NCBI GenBank assembly: GCA_032718475.1
Contig: JAUCBJ010009084.1
Location: 1 to 64,000 of the forward strand
DNA: 64,000 bases
Origin: Nemertoderma westbladi
Taxonomy: Eukaryota; Animalia; Xenacoelomorpha
Reading direction: 5' to 3'
Part shown: in pieces, positions 1 to 12,146 of the stretch
Layout: every line of letters begins with the position of its first letter
Position numbering within the stretch: the first letter of the stretch is position 1
The notes under the pieces: model-generated
The model's input: the letters and a program-made list of their open reading frames with translations, nothing else
Told to the model about the DNA's origin: nothing
The model's database searches: none
Position numbers and translations under genes: made by a program

Positions 1-202
1 GCGACATCTAACTGATTTACCCACAGTGTAATTAGTTACGTAACGGAACCTTATTGGGATATATATATATGTATATACGCGCATAATGGAGAAGGAAATT
101 TGAGCGCAACCGCGGAGAGGATTTACTGCCAGAGAGGAGGCGGAGCTGCCATTTGCCCGACCGGGATGTAAGGATTCGAATGTTTACTACCACGGTAGGT
201 CG

Positions 203-1252
203 GTGATGGAGCTAAATGTGAAGTATAAACCCGCTTATGATAAAGAGTTAAGGAGGGAAAGAATGAGAGCGTTGGGGGACTGTATGGAAGTTTTGCGGAA
301 AGAGTATCGCACTCGGTATCCCTACGATTTCGCGTTAGACGTGTGCGACATTAGCGCAGACCCGGACGAGGAGATTGCGCAGCTGTACCATATGAACATG
401 TATTTACGACACAAAGAGCCTTTACCTGCAGTCCGAGATCAGTTCGACGGAATGCATCTGTATCGGAGGACTCGAGGCGAGGATCAAGAGACGTCGAAGG
501 TCTTCAGTGTATACAAGTTGTTCTACAAATGTGGTGAATGCATGAACAAACAAGACGTAGCAATTCCCGACCGATTGGACGAGCATCATCCTGAACCGAT
601 ATTAACGCGATGTCAAGCTCATCAGTTCCTTAGATATAACGAGGGAGGTTACCCAATGAGCAACCCGATGATCAGTATCGACTTCAGCGGAAAGCAACCT
701 CCAAGACCCATTACGCCGACCGTTACGACTTTAGATCCGTATACGGAGATTAAACCCTGTTCGACACCCAGTTTGATAGAGACAGCAGCGGCCATTTCGC
801 TGTACCGAGCCTACAAGGACCTAGAGGCGCGGCGCGAAGCAGCACGGGACTCGGGTACCAAACCTGCGGGTTTGGAGCTCTCAAGTCCCTGGACTACGTT
901 TACTTCGCCTCATCGAGTGAGAGCTCTCACGCCTGAGCATCAGGACGACATAGACGCGTTGCGGCAGGAGGAGCGAGCGGCGAAAGCGAAACAATTATTC
1001 GAAGCGCGGATAGCGGAATATAATAAGACCGCGGATAGACATCAAGAGGAGACGAGGAGAGTGACCGGATTTGTTCCACAGGCCGTATCTCAACCCCGAC
1101 CGGTGTATTATTCCGACGGTAGCGAACCTGCGATATTGGTAGATCACCTGGAGTCGCGAGAAGCGATTAGATTCTTGCCGATGGTGAGGATGTCGGATCA
1201 TTTGGAACGTCGACTGTCTACGGGAAGTTTTATGCGCGAAGTTCTTGCGTGA
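203..1252 (+). CDS. Accessory ORF of element A, N-terminal part (unknown function; CxxC..H..CxxH possible Zn site); probably once fused to the downstream exonuclease
   Basis: 349-aa ORF; frame extends to ATG at 86 across one TGA; homologous to element C remnant (YPYD motif); overlaps the next ORF at an apparent 1-nt frameshift. Confidence 0.6.
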   Translation: MMELNVKYKPAYDKELRRERMRALGDCMEVLRKEYRTRYPYDFALDVCDISADPDEEIAQLYHMNMYLRHKEPLPAVRDQFDGMHLYRRTRGEDQETSKVFSVYKLFYKCGECMNKQDVAIPDRLDEHHPEPILTRCQAHQFLRYNEGGYPMSNPMISIDFSGKQPPRPITPTVTTLDPYTEIKPCSTPSLIETAAAISLYRAYKDLEARREAARDSGTKPAGLELSSPWTTFTSPHRVRALTPEHQDDIDALRQEERAAKAKQLFEARIAEYNKTADRHQEETRRVTGFVPQAVSQPRPVYYSDGSEPAILVDHLESREAIRFLPMVRMSDHLERRLSTGSFMREVLA

Positions 1253-2099
1253 TGTCCCGATGCAGATCACAGACTACGACACATTGGATAAGATTGGAGC
1301 TCCGGGAAAAGAGAGTAAGTTATTTGGATGGTTAGACAAGTACATTAAGGTATGGGTCGCAGTGGCTACATTCCCAGATGACGAGGAGGTAGACCAGGCG
1401 TGGCTGAGGAGAAAGGGATCTTACACCCGATATGACGACCACAAGGCTATCGAGCGCATGTGGACCCCATCCGACGAGATTCAGCGTCAGTGGAGGAAAA
1501 CGGAGGAATCACTGCAAGATTGGAAAGTGATGTTTTACGACAATGAAGGAGGGTCTCAACAGGAATGCTTGACTAGTAAGTGCATTCAAATTCGCGTGGC
1601 CGATGGTGTGACTCATGTGTTTATGCGCGTAAGGGCGGATAGAGAGAGACCGGAGCCCATAATCACGGCGCAATATCGGAAAGGGAAGGATCCTAGGGAA
1701 CAGATTTTGGAGGTATGCAGGCGAGGAGGTATGCACGGAGCGGAGCGTATCGATGCCAGGATGCTACCCAAGAAGGTTAGAGAGGCGATTCTTAGCCAAG
1801 ATTACGTCAAGGTGGGATCGGGAGTCCAGAGCGATTTGGAGAGTGACTTCAACGCCATGACTGATTTAGAAGATAGATTGCCGAGACCGTTTGTCGACAC
1901 CAAGCTATTGTTGCTATGGGCACAAGACATTGGAATTTATAGGGAGTATCCCAACTCTGCCAAGACTGGTATGGGCTTCATAGCACATTTATTGTATAAT
2001 TGGGACTTCAAGTTGAAGACGCAGAAGAGGAAGCGTATGGTGAATATAACACGCCACCGGGAGCGGAGTTCAAATCCCACTTCAAGCGGCAAGCGTTAG
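1245..2099 (+). CDS. DEDDy 3'-5' exonuclease domain (WRN/EXD2/Mut-7-like), retrotransposon-encoded; C-terminus frameshifted, continuing to ~2301
   Basis: ExoI VMFYDNEG, CIQI, LPKKVREAILSQDYVKVGSGVQSD (ExoII), FVDTK, GMGFIAHLL; ExoIII-like QYYLVLE in a shifted frame at ~2137-2157. Confidence 0.75.
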   Translation: MRDVPMQITDYDTLDKIGAPGKESKLFGWLDKYIKVWVAVATFPDDEEVDQAWLRRKGSYTRYDDHKAIERMWTPSDEIQRQWRKTEESLQDWKVMFYDNEGGSQQECLTSKCIQIRVADGVTHVFMRVRADRERPEPIITAQYRKGKDPREQILEVCRRGGMHGAERIDARMLPKKVREAILSQDYVKVGSGVQSDLESDFNAMTDLEDRLPRPFVDTKLLLLWAQDIGIYREYPNSAKTGMGFIAHLLYNWDFKLKTQKRKRMVNITRHRERSSNPTSSGKR

Positions 2100-2520
2100 T
2101 GTATTGGAACATTTACGCGCCACCCCGTGCGTCACACAATATTATTTGGTGCTTGAGTCGAACACGGTAACTTGTTTATAAGCGGATATCATTGCGCGAG
2201 TTTAGAAGCGTCATTCATTGGTGTTCGGAGGACGATTGGTGTATCTGGGTAGGGGGCGAAAGAGAGGAGCGAGCCCGAAGAACCCAGGAGCGGGTCAGTA
2301 ATGCATCGTATCACGGGGCGACAGACTCTAGATATATACATCATCGTCGCTCTGATGTATATTGTAGCATTTGTAAATATCCGACTTGACACATATACAC
2401 TAGTCGCACTGATTTGGATTCATATTATGAGAGAGGCGAAGGAGGTGATTGGGGAGACAAACCTGCGGGTTTGGCTTACTCTTTTCACCTACCCTAGCAA
2501 AATTTTTTATAATTTGAAAG

Positions 2521-2660
2521 TATTTTGTAAATTTAATTTGTATGTAGCAATCATTATGTAGAACGAATGAGAAACAGTATTTTTTGTAAATTTAATTTGT
2601 ATGTAATAATCGTTAACATTGAGAGAGAGATAATATTTTGTAAATTTAATTTGTATGCAA
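2521..2660 (+). repeat. Three copies of TATTTTGTAAATTTAATTTGTATG in the 3' UTR of element A
   Basis: Direct repeats ~57-60 bp apart; also present inverted at ~48010-48150. Confidence 0.7.
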
Positions 2661-2818
2661 TTCATTATGCAATATCTATAGCAATATTTGTAAATAGTAG
2701 AATTATTATAGTACCAAGATATTTAGATTATTTGAAAGAGATTTATTTTGTTTTGTATACATCGCCTTACACTCTTCTACAATTGGAGGGAAACATTGCA
2801 TGATTTCCCTTGGAGCGG

Positions 2819-4250
2819 TGTTACGGTATATGGCGCTGTACCTACATTATGTAATACATTAGTCCGTTATACAGTATAATAATGTTAGTCCATTATGCAT
2901 TATAATATATTAGTCCATTATATAGTATCATATATTAGTCCGTGATGTAGTATAATTATTTAGATAAGGCATAATGCGCAATGATATTTAGATAAGGAAA
3001 CTGAAACGCCCATATATTTTGAACTCATCCATTTTGTATAGTATGTAGCCCTACCTATGTAGTTTTGTAATAGGATATAAGTAGATAGTTCCAGGGTAGC
3101 AAGTCCTTGTTGGACCCTGGATCTGGGCTTGCCGTTATTAGCCTTGATGAGGCTAGCTACTGGTTTTAATTTCTCTATAATTGCGCTAAATTTATATTTG
3201 TGCATGATATTATTAGTACCGCCAAATTAAGCATCGGGAAAATTACCTTATATGGTGGCAATTTGCGATTTCAGGGAGCAATAGGCTCACAATCCGGCTC
3301 TCTTATTGGCCTAACTGCTTCCAGGTTGGTCTAATGTTAGCTCGGATTGCGGAGCCAATGAGAGATCGATTGCATCACCCTTCTCAAATCACCTATAAAT
3401 TGGCGTACTTCCATTGTCTCTACACACACCCCACACAGCTCACCTTCAACTATTATTCGATGCTTAGTTTTTTCTGTGTAAATTACTGCCCTTTTGATTT
3501 TCTTGCAATGATTCGCTAATTTGCAATTTCTGTTTGATTCTTGTTTGTGTTTCTCAATCAATCTCAATGATCGCTGTTAATTACAAATTGGAACTATGAT
3601 TTCTACCCCTTAGTAAATGGTTCTATGTGATTCCTTTCGACAATAATCCTACGGGATTTCTCAGACTGTCAGACTTTGTGATTTGCATGTGCCGCTACGG
3701 TAGCTACTCATTATGATGGAGGGCTAGGGTACCGGTAAGCGCGGCGGGTGCATCGGGGGGTTAGCGACGACGGGAGTGCGGAGGATTCAAAGACAAGTGA
3801 CATTGGGGGGATTACTATTGCGCGCAAGTTTGCAGCGTAGAGTGGGTCAGATACGCCGGTTCGGCAATTAGGGGCTGATGATCCAGGTTTTTGTAGCATT
3901 TTGTAGTATTAGGGGGACAGGAATTGGGTTAGTTAGGAAGCCTAGACGTAGCCGGGAGAGATCTGTGTCCTTTACGTTGCGAGTTGCGAGTTGTGAATTA
4001 CTAGCTAAACTGTAGATTGCGATTGTTGTTATGCTGATTGGTGCGTTACTAAAGTGTGCCTAATAAATCACGAATGCTTGGATAGGCGCTCTTTTCCCCT
4101 TTGATTGATTTCTATTTCTTAGCTTACTGTAATTAATTTCTGATTAGGTCGAAAATAATACGGTATTTTAGGCTGTTGCTAGTGTGACCCGTTGCGTAAT
4201 AATTTAGAATTACGCACTCTGGAATACTTAGTAATTAGTACGCCGTTACA
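2819..4250 (+). repeat. LTR of family A (~1.43 kb)
   Basis: TGTTACGG...CCGTTACA termini, preceded by GGAGCGG; CCAAT ~3356, TATAAA ~3395, AATAAA ~4062; matching termini in the inverted copy. Confidence 0.7.
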
Positions 4251-4315
4251 TATTTGTGACTGAAATTAATTAGTAAAATTAGGAATTTGTACGCTGCATA
4301 GCGGAGGGTAGTTAA

Positions 4316-5872
4316 CCCTATTAGTACCGGGCTATAAAATGTTGTACAAATACCGGGAGGGGGTCATATTGACCCCCCCCCCTCTAAAATCTACAAATAT
4401 TTACGAAAACGTCTGATTTTTTGTTTGTACTTAGGTATCACTTGTCTGGATCCGACCGAAAAAAAAAAAATTTTCGAAAAAATGTACTGGGGTGGTTATA
4501 TTGCAGCACCAAAATTACAAGTAGTGCACAATTTTCACAAAATTTGAAAGTTACATTTTCGGCTAATTATTTTTCAATACAGGTTTTCTGGGGTGCAAAA
4601 TACATTGGAAAATATTTAAAAATGATATGATTACTATAAATGGCTGTTTAGTCCTCTCTGCGTAGGAAAAAATGAAAAAAACAAGTAACCAGCACTTTTC
4701 AGTTAGAACACAAAATTTTTAATTCACTTATACGATGCTATAAATTCACATTTTCAGGTTTTCGAGGGCGTTGATTCTAATGGAATATATTTCTAATATG
4801 CCAGATCATTGCTACTTGTATTTTTCGGCGCAATTTGGCAATTTTTGGTGCTAGCACCAAATTTCGTACCCATCACCAAAAAGTACAAGTTTGCGATGTC
4901 CAGTGCTGTTTTTATGGATTCCATCGGATTCAGGACCCTCATAAACCCGTATAACGCAAGAAACAAGGTGATACTATCTCCTGATCAATTTGCATATTTT
5001 CCAAAATTTGGTGCTGGCACAACAATTTTCACCCACTGGCGAAAAATACAAGTTTGAGAACTCTTATGAAATTTTTACTGATTCCATTGAATTCAGAACC
5101 ATCACAAACACGTATAACGCAAGAAACAAGGTGACACAATCAATTGATATATTTGATGGTTTTCAAAATTTGGTGCTAGCACCACATTTTGCACCCATAT
5201 CCGAAAAATACAAGTTTGAGATGTCTAGTTCGATAATTATATATTCCATTGAATTCAGAACAGCCATAAACCTCTAAAACGCAATAAATAAATTGTCACA
5301 AGCAATTTTATCTATTGAATGAATTTTCAAAATTTCGTGCTAGCACCAAAATTTGCACACAGCACCGAAAAATACAAGTTTGATACGCTTGGTGCAACTC
5401 GTATATATTTCATCGAATCCAAAACCCCAAAAAACCCCAATTGCGTAAAAAACAAGTTTCAAACAATCAATTTACAAAATTTACATAATTCAAAATTTGG
5501 TGCTGGCACCAAAATTAGGCACCCACCGAAAAAAACAAGTTTGAAATTTCTAAATCAATTTATATGAATTCCATCCAATTTCTAACACCAAAAAACCGGT
5601 GTAAATAAAAAAGAGATGTTACAATTCATATTTAATGAAATGTAATTTTCAAAAAACGTCTCAAAAAAAGTGCCAAAAGTAGGGTTAAAAAATGGTGCTA
5701 TAACTCGAAAAGTACCCAATATTTTTGAAAACGGTTTTCACTACTAGGAAGACAATAGATTTTTAGGAAAAGTCATAAAATTTCAGATTCCCAACTGCGT
5801 TTGTTTCAGAATTATAATAAAAAAACCACGGGGGGGGTCATATTGACCCCCCCCCCCCCGGGTTTAATAGGG
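4316..5872. mobile_element. piggyBac-like non-autonomous element (TTAA TSD)
   Basis: TTAA at 4312-4315 and 5873-5876; TIR CCCTATTA..CCGGG; subterminal GGGGTCATATTGACCCC at both ends; empty site visible in the homologous copy at ~46395-46410. Confidence 0.9.
4845..5515. repeat. ~163-bp degenerate tandem repeats, each with a palindromic TTTGGTGCT(A/G)GCACCAAA core, inside the piggyBac-like element
   Basis: Five cores at ~4845, 5008, 5170, 5335, 5498. Confidence 0.7.
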
Positions 5873-6489
5873 TTAAGGTAATAATTTAGAGTACCGTACA
5901 CTATTCACGCTGGGCGGTTATTTGAATTAGCGGACAAAATTCACATCGTAGTATACAGTACGCAGCGCGCATCAGTAAATTGCTGGCCTAAAGCCAGCCG
6001 CAGATAAGTTTGAGTCCCGAAATAATTACCGTACCGATTTTCGATTATTTTAAATATTCTCACATTCACACATTCCGTTAGGGAACCCCAGTATTGCGAT
6101 TAGACGTGATTAGAAAAGACGTAGTTGTAAGCACAATTTTACAGTAATATTAGGCTATAAAATACACTCTGAGTGTCAAATCTCTCACACTCGTTTTAAG
6201 TCAGCTTAGGGAGCCGATTCGGGTTTATTGTTTTGGTTATTCCCGCGTGGCTCATATATTCGAACAGTTAGCTCTCTATCGAGTAATCGGTAGAGAAAGG
6301 AATGAGAATTTAGTAGGAGCCGTAGAAATTTAGGAAATATATTAGCGGACGGCAGATTAGCGCCATCCAACGGTAAGTAGTGGTTTTCCGTATCTGAAAC
6401 CCTATATTAGTAATTATACGCTCCTGATTGCCCCGTCTAGTAAATAGAGCAGTTTGTGTCTTTATTGGTTAGGCTGGGGTAGTTCGTTT

Positions 6490-6935
6490 AACAGTAAAGG
6501 ACGGTATTATTTTATTGCACACAGCAACAGTATTATTTACTGTTACTTCGTAACAGTAAAGGACGTGATATTGGCTGTTGCTTGCAGCAGTAAAGAGTGT
6601 ATTCAGCATTAGATTACTGTATTATTTACTGATACTTCGCAACAGTAAAGGATGTTTTTTGTTTTGCTGTACTGCGTACAGTAAAGTACGAATTAGATTA
6701 CTGTATTAGGCACTGTCTGACTGTACTGCGTACAGTAGAACATAGAGTGTATTCTTAGGCTGTTAGTTTAGATTACTGTATTCACTGGTTGCATACAATA
6801 GTACAGTAGTACATTAGGCTGATTGCTGTTACTGCATACAAGTAGAAAATACATTTGTTTTGCTGTACCGCACACAGTATTCATTAGGCTGTTAGGTTGG
6901 TGTACTGTTTTACTTACTGTACTGCGTACAGTGGA
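6490..6935 (+). repeat. Array of short hairpin repeats in the 5'UTR of element A
   Basis: Recurring TACTGCGTACAGTA and ACTGTTACTTCGTAACAGT palindromes. Confidence 0.6.
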
Positions 6936-7794
6936 TATGCGGTAGTGCTTTTACAAATCACAAATACAGCGGTTCCTTAGGCCGTTAGGGCAGGCCGTAA
7001 TTAGTAAGTTTTTGAAAATTTTAGCTAGGTTTGTGAGAATACAGTTTTGGTAAAAATTATTTTGTAATCAAATCTAGAGTTTTGTACCGGTATGTTGGAT
7101 AACCGCTTAGTTATTTTATACCATCTGGAGATACATGGCAAGACGGAGCTTCTGAGTTTGGGGTTCGTGTGGGTCTGCGGGTTCGGTTTGCAATCAGTGA
7201 AAGGACTGAAACTTTGGACGCGGACGTGGAATCTCACAGCAAACAAGGTTAGTTGTTCTGTTGGCACCATTGTGTTTGTGGAAGCAGTAAAAAATTATCG
7301 GTTGTTTAACTGCGAAGCTGAACTCAATTTATTAGTTAGGATATTTAGGTTTAGCCGACCATGGGTTTTTGAATCGCTCGAGTTAGAGAGAGAGAGAGAG
7401 GGTCGTAACCCGAAGATGTAGCCATGCGCTAGTGGATACATATAATATTTGAAATTAAAATTGCGTTGATTAGAGTTATCTATGTAAAATTAGAAATATT
7501 CGGGTGGCAGGTATATTTTGAATATTTTGTATTAGATTCAAAAAATTATTTGTGTCATACCAATATTTAAATACTATATAATAACTATAAATTAATATTT
7601 TGTTTAAATATTGTACTGGTATTTGCTAAAATTAGATCCTATTAAATTCACAATATTGCATTGCAAATTTATTTTGACATTTTGGACAAATTGATTATTT
7701 GACAATAATTTAATCGTATTTTCGGTTAAATTATATATATATCTCGAACTTTTGCGAGATATATTTTTGCCGGAAGGCAAATATTATTAAGACT

Positions 7795-10700
7795 ATGAGT
7801 GTCTCAGAGAAGGAGGCACTAGAGGACAGCTATGAGACGGCGGCAGGACCGCCGACTGACGATAGCGTTAATATTACTGTTGACGACAATGCCGACTATG
7901 ACGACGCAGCGAGTGACGCTGACGTAAGCGAACAGGAGGACGAGACAGTAACCAGTGAGGAAGAACAGCAACCTCAGGTAATAGTATTAGGATCCCCTAC
8001 CGCTACTGTAAGGAAGGATTGTACAGCAACCCAACCAGAGGTGAGTGATAGGGAGGGTAGTGTAGCAGAAGCGAGAGCCCGGAGCCCGGTTTCCAGACCT
8101 GTGGGTATGGTAAGTGCCGTGGTCCCAGTGGCTAAAAGGAGTACCCGTAGTTCCCGAAATAATCCTTCAAGTCCACTAAGTGTTAGTCAGGTAAGCGAAA
8201 GTGAACTAGACATCGCGATAAAGAAGAAACTTCGCGCGCATGCCGGACATATAACCCGTACGGCGGACAAGGTAAGGAAGATGTTAGCCGACTCAGCGAA
8301 CATCGGAAGGGAAGGGTTAGTAGAGATTAGAAGAGGATACAACTCAGCGTTATTCAAACAAACGGAGGAGCTTGCAGTCCTAGCAAAGAAGGCAGTAGAG
8401 TCTCAGTCGAGCGACGTGGCGACGAGGATTTACGACAGGGTTTTAGCAGCCTTGTTGGAGCACCGCGCGTTATCGGAGCCATTTCGACGAGTTAGGACGG
8501 AGAACTGGCTGCTATGGGCATCACAAGCGCAGGCGACTCAGGTGAGTGACACAGAGTTGAGAGATTTAGTGGAGCGGGAAGAAACGCAAGATAAGGAGGA
8601 GCGCCGTTATCAGCGGGAAGTTACCAGCTGGCTGATGCAGAGTGGAGTGGTGGTACCGGGCCAGGTGCTACCGATGACGGAGAACATTCAACAGAGAACG
8701 TTAACTCCACCCGATGATGCATCTAGAAACAGTGGCGATTCCCAGGTTAGTCACGCGCGAGGTAAAGTTATATGTGCTAGATCCCTTGTTTCTCACAACT
8801 CGGCGGAGGAGAGAAGACGCCGACTGGACGAACAGCAGGTGGAAGTTTTGCGTGCATCGGAAGCACGGAAGGAAGCCGAGCGGGAATGGGAGTGCACACG
8901 TAAGTTAGACGCGAAGTTGCGAGAGTTGGAAGATAAAGGTAAGTGTGAGGGATAGGAAGATGGAGACCGAGAAGGGGATGCGAATGATCGAAGAATGTGG
9001 GGCGAGTGTAGGGACTGAGTTGCGAGAACTGTTTGCACTGCAGAAGGCCGAACAGGAAGCGAGAACTCCGACCATACGCGAGTCGACGATGACCATAATT
9101 CCTATACCCGGTCCAGCTATTACGAGTACACGGATCGCTAAACCGTTCTCTACATATCGCACGCCAGTTGGTATTAGTGCTTCACCTATCACGCAGAATC
9201 CAGCGCATCATCGCACCGCACCACTATACACGGAATGCGAGAACGAAGAGTTTAGAGAAACTCCGACGGGCCGAGTATTTGGCGAACCGAACCCGCGGGT
9301 TTGGAATACGTGGACGGAGCGCCGACCCAGTTCGACGGAGAACTTCCGGGTTAAACCGGAAGAGGGATCATATGAGAGACAGCGGATTACTCAGATAGAG
9401 CCGACTATACAACAGAACCCTAGCCAGGAATTTATTACGAGGGATGAGTTGAGTGCTAGTTTAGCGCAAGCTATATCGCCGCACATCCAACCTATAACGG
9501 ACATGCTTAGCAACCTACGGTTAAAGGAAGCAGCCCAGGTAAGAAGTAATTCTAATCCTAGCAGGCCTGAGTTAGATAAAGTCCAGCCTAGTCAACGAGT
9601 ACGCATATCGGAGGCAACTATACCACATAGACCTCATGTAAGGACGCCTGTCCCGAATATCCATAATCCCGATTTCGAAAATTCGGCTGAGAAATTTATA
9701 CAAGACGCTTGGATGCCTAAGGAGGTGAGGTCTCTATAAGTGTGTCCAAAACAGGCGGCGGCGGACTCGTGAGGGTCTGGGGACACGTTAAATCTAAATG
9801 CGTCTTGTATAGTGCAAGGGAGTCACTGAAGGCCCTCGTGTCTAACGAACCATGAATTGCCATGGTGCCGTGGTAACGTCTAGTCGGCCTGTTGCCGTAC
9901 TGCCAGTCCTGTACACAGTAGGGGTGGTGGCATGGCGTGATTTGTGGTTCATATGGTGTGAACTGTGATTTGTATGTGGGCGACCAGTGGCAGTTAGCTT
10001 TGGGGCTTGGATGTGTGCCATTGACCGTCAGCTGTTCCGTTTTTTTGATACTATATGTTATTGTCTCCATGTTCAGCTGATTGGTCTTTGGGGTGTGTTT
10101 AGGTCTGAGATGAGCTTTCTGTTGCTGTGGGTATGTGAGTACACGTGATTGTATGTATGGCCACTGTGAGTGAGTGTGGGAAACCTTGCCGGTTGAGCCA
10201 GACGCCGCTGGTATTAGTAGGAACATACTTTACTGCGCCCCAGCATGCTTTGTACACACAAGTTATTTTGCCCTGACGGTAAAATAAAGTACTCTCGACT
10301 ATCTCTTTCGCGATGTCTCTAGTCGATACAACTAGTCCCTCCTGATTTTGACCCCGATTTTGTCTTTCCCGATTATGTCCTCTGTGTGTGCATGGTATGT
10401 GTCAGATTTTGTGTTTACCGTAGTGTACTTGATATTGTGAACATCTGTTGAGTACACGTGTATAGGACTGGTAAGTGGTTACTTGTTCCTAGCTTTCGAG
10501 CTAGTCAGTATTGCTTGCGGAACTTACTTCCCCTCAATACTGCTGGCGAGGCGGGTGAAAACGTGTCAATATTCCATGTTGGGTAGCGCAAGCCCACATG
10601 GGACAAGACCGTCGGTTAGGCCCAAGGGCGACCTTGGTGCTCGATCGTTATCGACTGGTCCACCCGCCGGTTGACTCTCTGAGTTGGCTCAATGTACAGT

Positions 10701-12146
10701 CAGGCCACAGTAAGTTGACAGTAGCCGCCCATCTGGCTACACGTTCGACGAGCTGTGCCGGTGTGATCGGGGGACTGAAAACAGAACCCGGGAAGCATCG
10801 GGCCACCCTCCGGCCCGGTCTGATAATAACATCAGTCAGGCTGGCCCCAGGGGTGGTGGGACAGTGTCCGCCTCATGGGTGCGCCTCTGGGAGGAGCCCA
10901 GAAGGACACAAGCGCAGGGCCTCGGCGCATAAACCATCGCGAGCGCTAAGGACTGACACAGAATCGAGTGATGAAGAGGAAGACATGAGACGTCAGAAGT
11001 CCCGAAACTATAAGGAAAGAAGGACGGACGCGGAGCAGGTAAGTCTCAATCCCCGGGAAAGGACCAGACTTAACAACCCTGCAGAACTAAACCATTTGTT
11101 AACCCGGAACGACGCAACCCTTAGGGACATAGGTAAGTTTGCTGCTAGGCAAGGACTGCCGACGCAACAACCCCAGAAGTTTATGGGTAACCACAAGCAC
11201 TGGAGGACTTTCAAAACCTATGTCGACGAGCAGCTAACCAACAGCACCTTTACTCCCAACGAGAAGTTCAACTATTTGCTTTAGATGCTCCATCGAGAAC
11301 CTAGAGCCATTGCTGACAACTTCGTCGGCAATGAAAGAGCATTCGAGTTGGCAATGAAGATGCTTAGTGACATCTACGGGAATAAAACCAAGATGGCACA
11401 GTCGATAGTGGAAGACTTGGGTAAGGGCGGAAGGATTACAACTCCGTTAGAGCTGTTGAACTTAGCGAACGCTATTTCGAACGCATTGGACATCTTGAGG
11501 ACGGTGAATCTACCTCATCCATCATGGTGATCACGCCGAAGTTTTGAAAAGCGTAATAAGACGTTTAAACATGCGTTACAGACAGAAATGGCGCAAATTA
11601 GAGAAGAAGTTGGAGGGTCAAGGTAAGGTGTTGACACTTCAGCATATTCATGACATGATAGCCACAGACGCAGTAGCAGAGATGAAATCGAACTTCTCAG
11701 AAGAGAATATGAGAGAGTCTAAACCTGTTACCGGTAAGTCTATGGTAAGTTTTGACGATGACAGGACCACTGTGACATTTAACTTAGTAGACAGATATAA
11801 TTCGAGTACCCCAGCCTTTAGATCAGACTCGCGAGTATGGTCAGGTGAGCGGTTAGATAGACCTAGGTTGAAGCAACAGGAGTTGCCGGATGGATTTGTA
11901 GGTTGCCAATACTGTTTACCCAAAGGAGGTAAGATCTGACGACCATAATTTGGATAGTTGCAGACGGTTCAAAGAATTAAATTCGGAACAGAGAAGCGCG
12001 GACGTTGGACACCTGTTGGGCATGTCTTGCGCCAGGTCATGTACGGCGGCAGTGCCCGAACAGCAAGGACAGATGCATGGAATGTGGCAGACTACATCAC
12101 AAGTTGCTACATGCGGATTTCCACAACCCAACGGACCGTTACTTAC
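7795..12146 (+). pseudogene. gag: BEL/Pao gag (disrupted by frameshifts, stops and an LTR-like insertion)
   Basis: ORFs 7795-8955, 8945-9739, 10909-11284, 11285-11530, 11544-11939; capsid-like and Cys/His knuckle motifs; similar to element C gag (KFAARxGLPxQQPxKF, QQxLPxxFVGCxYC). Confidence 0.8.
9743..10908. mobile_element. Solo-LTR-like insertion (~1.17 kb) interrupting gag
   Basis: TGTCC...GGACA termini; flanks TAAGTG/CAAGCG (degenerate 6-bp TSD); internal AATAAA ~10283; non-coding relative to gag. Confidence 0.55.

Noticed and set aside
203-2099. Accessory ORF as an env glycoprotein or host gene
   Set aside because: No signal peptide or transmembrane segment; intronless and inside element boundaries
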